Origin: Psammoneis japonica
Lineage: Eukaryota
Length of the DNA: 64,000 nt
Reading direction: 5' to 3'
NCBI GenBank assembly: GCA_008632985.1
Contig: QPGO01000070.1
Span: 248,001-312,000, forward strand
Notes under the pieces: model-generated
Seen by the model: the letters and a program-made list of their open reading frames with translations, nothing else
What the model was told of the DNA's origin: nothing
Database searches by the model: none
Program-made: the position numbers and the translations under genes
Part shown: one piece after another, positions 37,605 through 49,129 of the stretch
Layout of the letters: each line of letters starts with the position of its first letter
How positions within the stretch are numbered: the stretch's first letter is position 1

Positions 37605-38599
37605 ATGATGTGTGGGCGTTGCGACGAAGGGGAAGCAAAGAGAGGAAAGAAAAGGATCGACAATTTGGAACAGCAGCAGCGGAAGGACTATGAGAAACTT
37701 ACGTCTTACTTGGATTCCTTTCTAACAACAAGCAACGACTCGTCAATGCGGTCACATTTTGAGGAACGCGTAGACTGCTGCGATTCTTCCCGATCACTCT
37801 ACTGTCCAGAATGTTTAAAGATTGTTCTTCCAAAATCAACATGGCCCATTTCAGTTTCACGAGGAAAGCTTTCTCTACCTTTTCATCTTGATTTGATTTT
37901 AGACGATCGACGAACGTCTTCGTCTGGGCTGCATGCTGTGGCGCTGTTGAATGCAAGCCAGAGTTGTTCACAGGGCGACAATGATGCAAATCTCCATCCT
38001 CCAGTGAGACTATTCGATATCAAAAAAGTAGAACCCTTACCATCCTATGATGGTAGAAGCAATGTCTCTTATTATATCCATCACCTGGGGTTTCAGTCCC
38101 CTTGGAAACGATTCTTGAGACCTCTGAAAAGAAGATAACATTGGTGGCACTGGATTGCAAGTGGACAAGAACTAGCATTAGGCTTCACCCCAACCTGCAA
38201 AAGTTGCCACGAGTACACTTGTCGAGTCCGCCAACACCTACCGATAGTCATTTTTGGAGGTGGCATAATGCTGGAAACGGAATGCTGTCCACTCTTGAGG
38301 CGATATACTACGCCGCACTTCAAACTCGCCGACGTTGGAGCAGCAAGAGCACTGAAACCAACAACACGACACAAAACACAAGTGTGAGCAATAAAGATGA
38401 TGATGACCTGATTGACCTCATGTGGCTGTTTGCGTTACAGCGTGCCAATATTCATCGGCGTGCCATAGAGGAGGGACGCTCCATGCCGTTTAAAGACAGC
38501 GGTAAAGAAGAACAAAGGGCTTTGAGGCGACAACATAAAGAGCGCCGAATGAATACGCAAGAAGATGCACCGGTTGAAATGAAGCGACAAAAACATTAA
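37605..38599 (+). CDS. DTW-domain protein (tRNA acp3U transferase, DTWD1-like); one frameshift near 38080
   Basis: SRSLYCPEC, LVALDCKW (DxTW-like) and FWRWHNAGNGMLSTLEAIYY. Confidence 0.8.
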
Positions 38600-38807
38600 A
38601 GATCATGCATGCTAGTAGCTGACCAGATCCAACTCGTACAAGCGAACGCGACTGGAACCGGTATCGATTGCAAATCTGCCCTTGTCTTATTACATCATTA
38701 TTCTCATTTTATCCCTAGGCATTTCGGATTGCTCATTCAACAGATTGTACCCAATATCGTATCGAGTTATCTATTGTCGCATTGAAAGATATGCTCTTCA
38801 ACCGACT

Positions 38808-39447
38808 TTACAGCGGGTTCATGTTGTCCTTGTCCTTATTCGGGCTCTGCTGAAACATGATCTCGTTAATGAGGCTCTGGTAGCTGTTGTCAAAGTAAAA
38901 AGAAAAACAAGTTAGAAGGAAAGTCAGGCACAAAATTATCCCAATACATATACATCACGCACGCATACTCGACGGGTGTTGGCCAGAAGCCTTTGGCTTT
39001 CTTGGCGCGAACTTGCTTGACCAAATCGTCCTTTTTGATACCCGCTGGCATGCCACCAATCTCAGCTACAAGAGCCTTCAGAGCAGTAAGATCCTCGACA
39101 AGCGCGTTCTCATCGTTTGATTCATTGCTTAGCTTGTCTAGTAGTTCCTGCATCCTTTGTTTGAGAATGATTTGTGCCCTGCGGAACTCGGCACGCTGGC
39201 GTTCCGATTCCTTGAATTCCTCGGTCGGTTCCGTCAGATAGGAGGGACGTTTTGCAGCAGAGGCTGGTTGAGAAGCAGCCGTCATTAGTGCCCCACCAAG
39301 AGCCCATGATGACACCTGAGAAATCATCTCCCGCCGATTACTGCTCATGCCGAGAGACGTGTCATGACGACAAAAATTCTTGTTGGGTACCGTAAACGCA
39401 GACGAGACGCCAAGAGTTAGAGCAACAAATGCGATGGAAAGCTTCAT
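38808..39447 (-). CDS. Plastid, probably thylakoid-lumen, protein; 2 exons
   Basis: Signal peptide ending SSA-F, then RR motif, hydrophobic stretch and ASA; exon 2 YQSLINEIMFQQSPNKDKDNMNPL*. Confidence 0.8.
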
Positions 39448-39580
39448 CTTCTTGCTGTGTATGTATGTGAAGTAGATATCGCTTCGAATAGCAACACAGT
39501 CACCCCGCATGCATCGAGATGTGGAGTCCATTGCTGACACCTTGAACACGCACGCGAAATAAAGATGCGACACGAAAGAT

Positions 39581-39636
39581 TTGCGCCACTGACTCAATTG
39601 ACTAAACATTTATTCGTGACTCCCTCTCGTGACTGG
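39581..39636 (+). repeat. ~56-bp direct repeat, copy 1 (copy 2 at 42424-42479)
   Basis: ttgcgccactgactcaatYgactaaacatttRttcgtgactc...tgactgg present at both sites. Confidence 0.85.
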
Positions 39637-39649
39637 GTTCACTCTCCTT

Positions 39650-39872
39650 TCTACTCCCTCTGCTCTCCTTACTTCATACTGTATTGCTACTCTACTCTCT
39701 AGCTGTCTCTAGAGTAGCTAGTAGAGAAACGTAGGAGTAGTTCCTAACTTCTATGAGCTCCTCTTCATGAACCTTGAACCTGCGCGCTGCATGCAGAGCT
39801 TGTGCCTCAATTTGCCGGGCTCTTTGTAGTAGCTAGCAGTAGAACCGGTGGCTCTAAGTAGCAGCAAGTAGC
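39650..39872. repeat. CTAG/TAG-rich intergenic element(s)
   Basis: gctactctactctctagctgtctctagagtagctagtagag; gtagtagctagcagtag. Confidence 0.7.
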
Positions 39873-39905
39873 AACCGAATCTGGTGATGCCAATTGATCC
39901 CACGT

Positions 39906-41107
39906 TTACTTCGTCATCATTGTTGTTTTGAGGTGCTGTACCTTGAGCTTGTACCTGACGTCAATCCCTATGCCTTCTTTTATCCATCCCACAAAAGCTA
40001 TTCCTCGCAAATGATCTTCAACATGTTTCAAAAAGACGACTACGAAGACGATGAACAACAACCTATCTAGACACAAGGGTATAGCGCGGGTAATCATCCA
40101 ACATGCATTCTTACGATCTACTCTCTGGTCGACGACAACCAGCATTTCGCTTTCCTAACCTTGGGTGCCACGACGACGACTCCGTAGGAACGTGAAGGAG
40201 TTTCTCGGTTTCTCATCCTCAATCGCTATCTTATTGCCCATCGAAAATGGCCAACGAAGCGTACCCGATGGTGTTTCCTCGTTCATTGTTTCAGCGGTTG
40301 CACCACCGATACGACGAATCCACGGGAACTTGAGCGAGTTTGACGGTTCCTCGTCTTCTGCACCACGGGTGTGGTGGTTCCTCGCGGCTATCGAGCATTG
40401 TTTTTGAAACGGCCAACGAAAGGTGCCTGATGGCGGTGGTGGTTCATCCTCTATGATTTTGACCGCCATGAAGCGGCGCCGAATCTCCATGGCAAGAACC
40501 AAAGTGAGAGAAAGTGACAAGAGAATTTGGATCCACTTGGTTCCGTAAGCGTATCCCCCCTTCCTCCTTGCTTCTCATCGTTTGAAAGTTCTTGTTGACC
40601 GTGGGATTCTTCTTCTTCTGCAGCCTGATCGCGTTGTTCTTCCGCTGCAAGGTGCATGCCAATGTCATGATAGGTCTTGGGTGGAATCGAAGCACCACAA
40701 AATGAGACTTGACTTACGGAATCATCATTGCAGTTGCGGATTTCCCTCACAATCGTTGGTACTGTACTGGGTACAGACAAGATCGTAGCCTGTTTGTCCT
40801 GTCTCGATCCAGAAGTAGAGAGAGTCGTCGGGCGTGCCATGCCATGGGCAACATCAGCTTGTTTGCCATCAAAAAGAAGCGATGGGTCCTTTCCCCGTTG
40901 TTGCGGAGGATGGGGAGTCGAGAACGTATCGAATCCATCCGTGCTCTTGGTGTTTTCTTGTTTACCATCGTTAATCGACTTGCTTTGAAGCAGTGACCAC
41001 GACGTGTTTCCTTGGTCTCGAGAAAGGGTGACGGAATCTAAAATGGTAATTCCATCATGCGAATAGTCCTCGTCCTCTTGAAGGATGGATGCTGTGGATG
41101 CCATCAT
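39906..41107 (-). CDS. Orphan protein, probably one frameshifted gene, with internal peptide repeats
   Basis: Consecutive overlapping ORFs; repeats PSGTFRWPF / PSNSLKFPW / PSGTLRWPF / PRNSFTF. Confidence 0.45.
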
Positions 41108-41469
41108 TGTAGTTCTTCTGCGAAAGACCTCTCGCCATAGAAAAAGTGTGCCTATCATACGTTGAGCGGTGATGATGCAGAATTGAGAATTGATGCAGGA
41201 CTGAAAGCTGATAAGTAACACATACCGGTAGAACACTTACTGAATTCTACGTGTAGTCGTGCATCAGGTGCGGTGAGTCGAACATTGGGTCGAGGATGCA
41301 GAATGATGGACTAAAGATGAAAGCACGTATCGGTAGAAGGGGATACGCATTCATTGCTTCGTCTGTGATGTTTATCGCCGCACACAAACAAACAAACAAA
41401 CAAACGCACTCTCATTCTATTGAAACCTCACATTGGGACTGTTCACAGGGATGCAACAAAATACCGAGT

Positions 41470-42318
41470 ATGTCAGGAGTTGCACCAGTAGCCACCATTC
41501 TAGTCGGTCGGATGTTTCAAGAACGTCTCACGAAGAGCTTCGTTCACCCGGTGGCAAACCACTTTAGCTGGGTCGATCGACTTTCGGGTGCCTATGAATG
41601 GAACAATTACCCTTTTATGGACGGCTCATACAACATTCATTACGTAATCACCAGGAACAGCACTGCTTCTTGTCGAGATGCGCAAAGCTGTTCCATGCAC
41701 TTTGGGATTCTTCTAGAACCATGCAATGTAGATTCGGGGAAAGTCTATTTCATTCATGCATTTGAGCTATGGAGAGGACGAACCTATGTCAAGTTGCTTG
41801 ACCATACTGAAAATCGCATAGGTGACAAAACCTTTCGACCCCGTCGTCGTGGAATTTATGGCATTCTCGTGGAACCATTTCCCAAACGCGACCTTGAAAC
41901 CACCAAAATCGAGTTCACCATGGGGCAGCTAATACACGTGACCCGTTCCAAGCTAGTCGACTGTGTACAAGAGTTGCTGCTACTTCATAGCAAAAAAATG
42001 GGAGGAAACTGTCTTGCGGTGGCCGATCATGTTTGGTACTACTTCCGTCCCAAGAGCTATTGGTACCATCTTTTTGCACGGGAACAATGTACTACCCCGC
42101 TCAAGAAGGTTTCGGAACTAAGAGCGGTAGTACAACAGCAGAGGCAATGTGTCGAGTTTGGCATTAACCAGCGAGGACGCTTATTTTCTTTCCTTTGTGC
42201 GAAAGCTCCGTTTCTGGTGCTGTTCCTTTTGTGTTGTGCTTTTGGGAGCTGCTTCAGAAAAACGGCGGCGTGTGTACTTTTTCAAGGTCATCAAAGCTGC
42301 GGCAATCCGAACTACTAG
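41470..42318 (+). CDS. Hypothetical protein with C-terminal hydrophobic segment; possible permuted papain-like His/His/NC arrangement
   Basis: Long ORF with MHFGILL...FIHAF...GGNCLAVADH. Confidence 0.5.
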   Translation: MSGVAPVATILVGRMFQERLTKSFVHPVANHFSWVDRLSGAYEWNNYPFMDGSYNIHYVITRNSTASCRDAQSCSMHFGILLEPCNVDSGKVYFIHAFELWRGRTYVKLLDHTENRIGDKTFRPRRRGIYGILVEPFPKRDLETTKIEFTMGQLIHVTRSKLVDCVQELLLLHSKKMGGNCLAVADHVWYYFRPKSYWYHLFAREQCTTPLKKVSELRAVVQQQRQCVEFGINQRGRLFSFLCAKAPFLVLFLLCCAFGSCFRKTAACVLFQGHQSCGNPNY

Positions 42319-42423
42319 AGTATAGCTATAACCAATAAAGTCGACAACAGCCAACACATTGTAAACTTTTAGGAAAGCTTGTTCACTCGCCAACAATACA
42401 ATTACTGACCATGAACTTCCAAC

Positions 42424-42479
42424 TTGCGCCACTGACTCAATCGACTAAACATTTGTTCGTGACTCACTCCCATGACTGG
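42424..42479 (+). repeat. ~56-bp direct repeat, copy 2
   Basis: Matches 39581-39636. Confidence 0.85.
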
Positions 42480-42652
42480 ATGATGGATTCACGCTTGTTG
42501 CATTGATTACCGGTACACACCATAGTTCGACCGGAAACGCGAACCGGCTGACACCGCATCACTGCTTCCGCAGGAAAGGGCATCAACGAAAGCAAAAAGC
42601 AATAACAGCTATCTAACTCTCTAAGAGCTAGTTAATCTATCATTATCATGCC

Positions 42653-43914
42653 ATGTCTCTGAGAAGATCCTCCCTTTAAGTCTACCGATCCTATGTGTTG
42701 GTCGAAGAGATGGTTCCGACGAACTTGGTTCGTTTCACAGAAAAACAAGAAGCAGTGTCACCCACGACCCAAGGCGACGACTGAAACGGAATGTTTTGCT
42801 TCGTAATGTCGCAGTTGATGACTCTCAAGGTGTTCACAGCAGAAAGCTTGCAGGGTCATGTTCGCAAGTCTCCTATGGGGAACTGGACCTACAACAAAAG
42901 GATTTGAATGAATTGCCCATGAATGAGCTCATGCTTCACCTTGCGAAGCCCCCTTTTGTCAATTCACCAAACCCAGACGGCCCAACTATTGCTGACATTA
43001 GTCTCTATGTCTACGAGATTGCAGATCTAGATCCGGGGGAGAATACGTTTTTCATGGAGGGATTCCTCGACCTTGTTTGGTGTGATCCTCGTCTGATTTT
43101 CAATGAGACTTCCGAGAATGTAACGACCAAGTACTTTCTGGAAAAGGACGCTGAAAAGGAGCTCGAGTTCATTTGGTTTCCGGACTTGTTCTTTGTAAAC
43201 GAAATTCTTCCTCGGCGGATTGAAAATGAGGAAGTCGTGGTTACTTCCGACGGAACGGTTGAGTATCGAGAAAAGTTTGGGGTCAAGTTGATGACAAACT
43301 ACGAAATGAAGCGATTCCCATTTGACTCTCAAGTACTGTTGGCAGAAATTGAATCCTTCGCTTGGTCGAGTGCTATTCTTGAGTTATCGGTAGAGCAAGA
43401 AATGGTGGGCTTCTCCGACGAGTTTGAAGTGCCCGAGTTTGACCTGACTGGATTACAAGAAATGGTGGTGGAGAGAATGGAGTTGCGTGACCGCCATCCC
43501 TTTTCCGAACTGGTGGTGGAGATCTATGTCAAGCGAGATCCGGCATATTACGTGACAAAGGTCATAATTCCGTTGACACTGATTGTCTGCATCTCATTTG
43601 CAGTCTTTTGGATGGACCCGTCCAACTTGGCAGATCGAATGAGCATCTCCTTCACGGGTGTCTTGACCTCAGTGGCATATCAGTTTATTGTCTCGGAAAG
43701 CCTTCCACGACACATTTACAACACCTTCTTGGACAATTTCGTTTTATTTTCCTTTGCCCTAATGGTATTTACAATTGTTGAAAATGTCGCCGTGAATGCA
43801 CTCTATACGAGAAACAAAGTGCACGAAAGCAACAAGGTTGACTTTTATTGTCGCATCATATTTCCAACCGTTTTTGCAGTGGGCGTGGGCATCATTGCGG
43901 CTGTGCATCTCTAG
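42653..43914 (+). CDS. Cys-less pentameric ligand-gated ion channel (GLIC/ELIC-like); start uncertain
   Basis: WCDPRL, IWFPDLFFVN, MKRFPFDSQ (Pro-loop without the disulfide), 4 TM helices and a very short M3-M4 loop. Confidence 0.88.
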
Positions 43915-44012
43915 AGGCAATCGCAGACTAACTAGCTCTGCCAGTTGCAGGTAGATAGCCGTCACGATTGGTTGCTTCCATTCCCTGGTAGCCGACGACG
44001 ATCAAGACGTGC

Positions 44013-44270
44013 GGAGTACTCGGATATTGGATTCATCTCAACCCTTCGCGTGATCCTTCCGAACAATCCTACTCTTGACACCAATACCAGTAACGACAAT
44101 ATGCGGTAACGAAAGGGAGAAATCTAATTTGTTACTTGTAGCCAACGGCGATAAGGCATGAGGAGTACTCGGCTATTGCATTCATCTCAACCTTCGCGTG
44201 CCCCTTCCGAAAATCCTTCTCTTGAAATCAATACCAGTAACGACAATGCGGCAACGAAAGGGAGAAATCT
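44013..44270 (+). repeat. Tandem duplication of ~110 bp (44013-44126 and 44162-44270)
   Basis: ggagtactcgg...caataccagtaacgacaat...aacgaaagggagaaatct occurs twice. Confidence 0.85.
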
Positions 44271-44397
44271 TTTAAGTTGAATTCATAGACTATCGTTTTT
44301 TAAAGCAAGCTACAGAGTATAGATCTAAGTTGCACAAGGTGTTCTCGCGTGAACACATCATAAACACAAACATGCTTTTGCGTTCGCATCATTTCTT

Positions 44398-47300
44398 TTA
44401 ACTTTCACACGCTTCCTCTGTTTGCTCTTGTGGTGGTGGTTGAAACGACGGGTTCTTGACCCACAATCCATCGACAAGCATCCATTTAAAGGCCGTCACC
44501 GGTTTGCCTCGTCTCTTCCACGAATTGCTGGGATAATTGTGAATACTCGCTCGGACTTGAGATTCATACGCTTCAATCAAATGAGACGCATTCTTAAAGC
44601 TGCGTCCATCCAAAGCACCACGATGGGGTGCGCGTCGACTAGCGGATGTTTCTTCTTCCTTGTGTTCCTTTTCTGTAATAAAGGCTTGTCCCAATTGACG
44701 CATTTCATAACGATAGGCATCACGAATGGGAAGGTAGGCGACTCGTGAAAGGTACATGCGAAAAATGGAATTAATCTTGGTAGCCGCCGTGGACTGCTCT
44801 GTGCTGCGTATCCGTTCCAACGCTTCAAAAGCCTTGTGACGTAAAAACACCTTGGTCTTGCCCAACTGTATACCCAACTTGGCCAAGTCACTGGCGCTGG
44901 GAGCAAAGCCACGACGAAAGGACGATGGGACCACGAAAGGTGGGTGTTGGAGCTGGTGGCGGTGGAGCTGCTGCGCTTGCTGCCGTCGACGTATCGGGGC
45001 TCTTGGCCCATGGAGGATAATTCTTGAGCTTGGACGGAGCCGTTTTGGGTGCGGGTGGCAAGCCAGCACTACCGCCATGTGACGATGATCCATTGGACGA
45101 CCGCGCCTTCCACGACGGCGGTGGAGTTGCCGTTTGGTACGAATACGATTTTGCCTTGACGGGAGCTTGGGATGGAGTCGCACTAGCATTGCCGCCGTCA
45201 CTTGCTCCTTCTGGAACATTTTCTTTTCCCTCCTCCTTTTCTAGCTGCAAGAGTTTCTTGTAAATAACCTTTAGCAACTCCTTGCACTGTTGCTTGGCAT
45301 TCGGCGCCGGTGGCGCTTCGGGTGACGACGATGCTGCGGCTGCCGGTGAGCTACCAAACGACGCGCTGCGAGGAGTTCCGGGGTGTACCCCATCGCTTTC
45401 CGGTATACGTGCTCTTGGCTGGACTGGGACTTGCTACGGCTCCTCCTCCCTTGTTGGCCCAACTCGGCAAATTGCTATTGCCATTATTCAAATTGTTGTT
45501 GTTGTTTAGTTTCATTTCTTTCAATGCCAATCCACGGTATCGACGATAAAAGTCCGCGTGTGGATAATGTTGTGTAAAACCCGCTCGACTGACACGAACC
45601 GCTTCCAAAATACCACCACAACGCAACTGTTCGGCAATCACCACGGCATCAAAGCGATCCGGTACCAAGTGATCGTTGGGTTTGAGACAACGGATATAAT
45701 GCGGTGACGTCAAATCGATTTTGGTTCGTAAATTCTTGAGCTGTCGACGAAACTGACCACCCACTGTCATGGTTTTGGCCAAGGCGGATGAATCGGTGCG
45801 CTTGAGCTTGTACGGCATAGTACTAGCGGAATGATGATGACTGCTATTGTTGTTGTTGTCCATGCTATTCTTGTCATTGCCCTCGACAAGAATTTCCGCC
45901 AAATGCTGAACAAAGGGATTGCCACTCGCTTTGAGTAATTCGGTCGATTCCTTGGGCAACTCATCACGGTTCTTTTCAATAAACCCATCGGCCGTGTATT
46001 CGACGGGACCGGCATAATGATCAATCTCAACCGTTGCACCGCTTGTTGTTTACGACTCGCTTGGAACCGCGGTTGTCCACGACACTTGTTGTAAATGTCG
46101 GACGCAAACGATCGGTCCGTCGTTCCCGGGGCACGGCATTGATCGTCCAAAATGTTCAAAATCCCCATGCCGCGCTTGTCAATCAAATCCAAAACGTCCT
46201 GATTTTCGGGAAAGGCAATAAAGGACCATTCAATGCCCTCGCGTTCGTATTCGGCCTGTTCATTCTTCAAAACAAAGGCATTGAATTGTTGCTGCAGCGC
46301 TTCGTTGCAATAATTAATGCACAATTGTTCAAAGGAATTCGTTGTAAAGGACTCGAAACCAAAAATATCCAAGACCCCAATCGTCGCCGCAGGCCTGGAC
46401 CACGTGTCATCCTCAATCACATCACCGTCGTCATTGACATGAGGTTTGTACGCAATGGAATCATTAATGCGTCTCACCAAATACGTAAAGAGCGATCCAT
46501 ACGTGGCTTTAATCAATGCCTCCAATCCCTTGTACGCTTTGGGTTGTGACACGTGACGTCGCACCGATTCCATCCCACCCGCTTGAATATGAAAATAACA
46601 AAGGGCTTCATTCAAATCGTGTGGTGTCACACCCAACAAGTGACAGACGGGTTGCAAATGAACATTGTCAAAATCCAATTCACACTCTTCTTCTTCTATA
46701 GCATCAAAGGTCAAATTGGAACTGTGCAAGAGTGCCGCAACAATACGGAAAATTTCCGTCTGTTCAATGGCATCGAATTTCATCATTTCCATGGCCACCC
46801 GCAATGCCTTGTAGGTTTCTCCATCCTTGACACCATCTCGACGATCCAACGTTCCCGAATGTGTCATTTGAAAATCATCCGGTGTGGCCGTTTTGGCAAT
46901 AAACAAATTCCGTAATTCCTTTTCCGACATGCCCTCGAGTATTTCAAAAAACACGTGATAATTCCGTTCTCCACTCGATTGTGTCACGAGACGGACCTTT
47001 TCTAGCAGATAGGTTTCAATGGTGGCACCCACCAATTTACCCGAACGGGTAAATTGAATCTCGATGAATTTACCAAATCGACTCGAATTGTCATTGCGAA
47101 CCGTACGGGCATTACCAAAGGATTCCAAAATGGGATTCGATTGCAACACTTGGGCTTCAATGGAATTTTTGTTGTTATTCGACGAAAGGGATGTCGTCGA
47201 GAGACCCAAATCCATACTGTCCATGCGAGAAACAGGAGAGAAGTATTGTTATTGTTGTTGGTTGCCCAAGATGGCTGGTTTGTTGGAGACTTGGGACTCG

Positions 47301-48174
47301 TAGCTGCTGCTTGTTGCAATTCACGAGACTTTTCAAAAGCACGTTTGGGTGTCGTCTTGATGGATCGTTGCGATAGTGCTGCCAAATACTTCATGACAAA
47401 TTTCGTCGTGACCGTCTTGCCCGCACCACTTTCACCCGACACCAAAATGGATTGATTGCAACAACACTCTTCGGTAGAAGAAGAATCAATCGTTTCATCC
47501 ATGCGTCTCATCATGCTTCGAAAGGAAGCATCGGCAATGGCATAAACGTGGGGTGGTAACGTATTATTGGTACGCTTCTTCTTTTGCAAACTACTACTAC
47601 TCGCATCCCAATATCGTTTCATGGTGGCTTCTCCATAAAGACCACGAACATGTTTGAATGGATTCAACGCCAACAGCACGGGCCCCGTTGCCGTATAGAT
47701 TGTATCGTGAGTGTACCAATGTTCCAAACAATGCACGACGGCGGGTTCATGCAAATGAGTCAATTGAATCAAATCACGGGGATATTGCAGTGAACCCGTC
47801 TCTGGATGACGGGGAAGTTCGTTATCCAACAAGACTTGACCCGTTTGCAACACACTTGCCGGCAATACCAACGTATCGTCACCAACATCATCATCAAGTT
47901 TCACCACGACACCACCGTCTTGATGACAACTATCCAACATACTTCCCAACATCCAACCCCATTGTTGATTACGACCATGTTGTTGTTGTTGAGAAGTGGA
48001 ACTGCTGCTCTTGGCAGAAATGCTACCCGCATCACTCTCGGCATCTAAACTCTTGCTATTCACTAATGCAACAGCACCACGTCCGAAACGAGGTATTTTA
48101 GGGTTACGAATTGCATCAATTACACTTGCCTTGATCCAAACGCGTGTAGTTGCTTCGGATGATGATAATGACAT
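44398..48174 (-). CDS. Myosin heavy chain with short tail; several apparent frameshifts
   Basis: GESGAGKT, NPILESFGNARTVRNDNSSRFGKF, LDIFGFE, PHYIRCLKPN, QLGKTKVFLR and one IQ-like motif. Confidence 0.93.
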
Positions 48175-48600
48175 TGTTGTAATTGTAATTGTAGCGGCAG
48201 TTTGTTTTTGTTGTACGTACTGTAGAGCATGGCGGTGGTGGTGTTGCAGGCAGAAAATCTTTTGCTTCGTCTCCGCCCGGCTAACTTGCGCGCGTTGAAT
48301 GTTTAAATTCCAATGATTGGTCCTCATATCCATAATAAATTATTAGTCGTGTCTTGCGATCAACGTACTGTACGGTAAGTGGATTTGCATAGATGCAATG
48401 TCAGTCCCGAACCTACCGTTGGTCATTTTATTCAATGATACAGATAATAAACTTGATACTAATATAGTCATGTGGGATAGAAAATTGAAAAACTGAATAT
48501 CCATGAATATGTTGATAAATAGACTTCCAATGAGAAGCTGACTTGTTCGACCCAATTCGATCTCCCCGTTGAGTTTAAACATGCTGTGCAGCACGGCAGG

Positions 48601-48793
48601 AATGAAATTCTCATGTGCATCCGCATCTCTGTCGAATGCGCACCGGTGCAACCTGCCGTTGCCCAACTTTTCCAACATTTCCCTGGAATGCCCGCCGCCT
48701 CCGAATGTTGCATCTGCACACTGTGGACACCACAGGGCTTCATGGCCAGGTGGCCCACGTGGGGACGGACCTGGCCGGCACGTGAGGGAGCAT
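48601..48793 (-). pseudogene. rsmH: N-terminal fragment of RsmH/MraW 16S rRNA m4C methyltransferase
   Basis: MLPHVP...HLAMKPCGVH...ADATFGGGGHSREMLEKLGNGRLH..AFDRDADA across frameshifts. Confidence 0.75.
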
Positions 48794-48851
48794 CTCTGCA
48801 CCAACTCTCTCCAGCTGGAGGGCCCTCTGCTGGTGTCCAGTCCACCAAGGA

Positions 48852-49129
48852 CCTCAATTGAGGCAAAAACCTCAATTGAGGATGGTGCAAATTGTGTGGA
48901 ATTTGACAGACCGAACGGCGATGCCGGCCAGAATTTTTTTAAGGACTGAAAAACATTTTTGCGAGGGCAGGCATTTACATCGCTGAAATCAACACACTCT
49001 GAGACACAAACTCCACATGTGTTGTGTCTTGCGACTGCAGAGTTTTTGTGCTCGAATCACTGGGAGTTAAGCGACCATTTGGCATCTCTGGCAGGACACC
49101 CACGTAGAACATGCGATCCTCAATTGAGG
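48852..49129. repeat. Three copies of the palindrome CCTCAATTGAGG
   Basis: At ~48852, ~48870 and ~49118. Confidence 0.8.

Noticed and set aside
44013..44270. CRISPR-like array or structured RNA
   Set aside because: Only two ~110-bp diverged copies, no spacers and no cas genes; a simple tandem duplication between convergent genes.
7574..48174. Programmed frameshifting or pseudogenisation of the MFS, K2P, FAD synthase, DTW and myosin genes
   Set aside because: Scattered 1-bp shifts in otherwise well-conserved genes are best explained by long-read indel errors; short-read or RNA-seq confirmation is needed.
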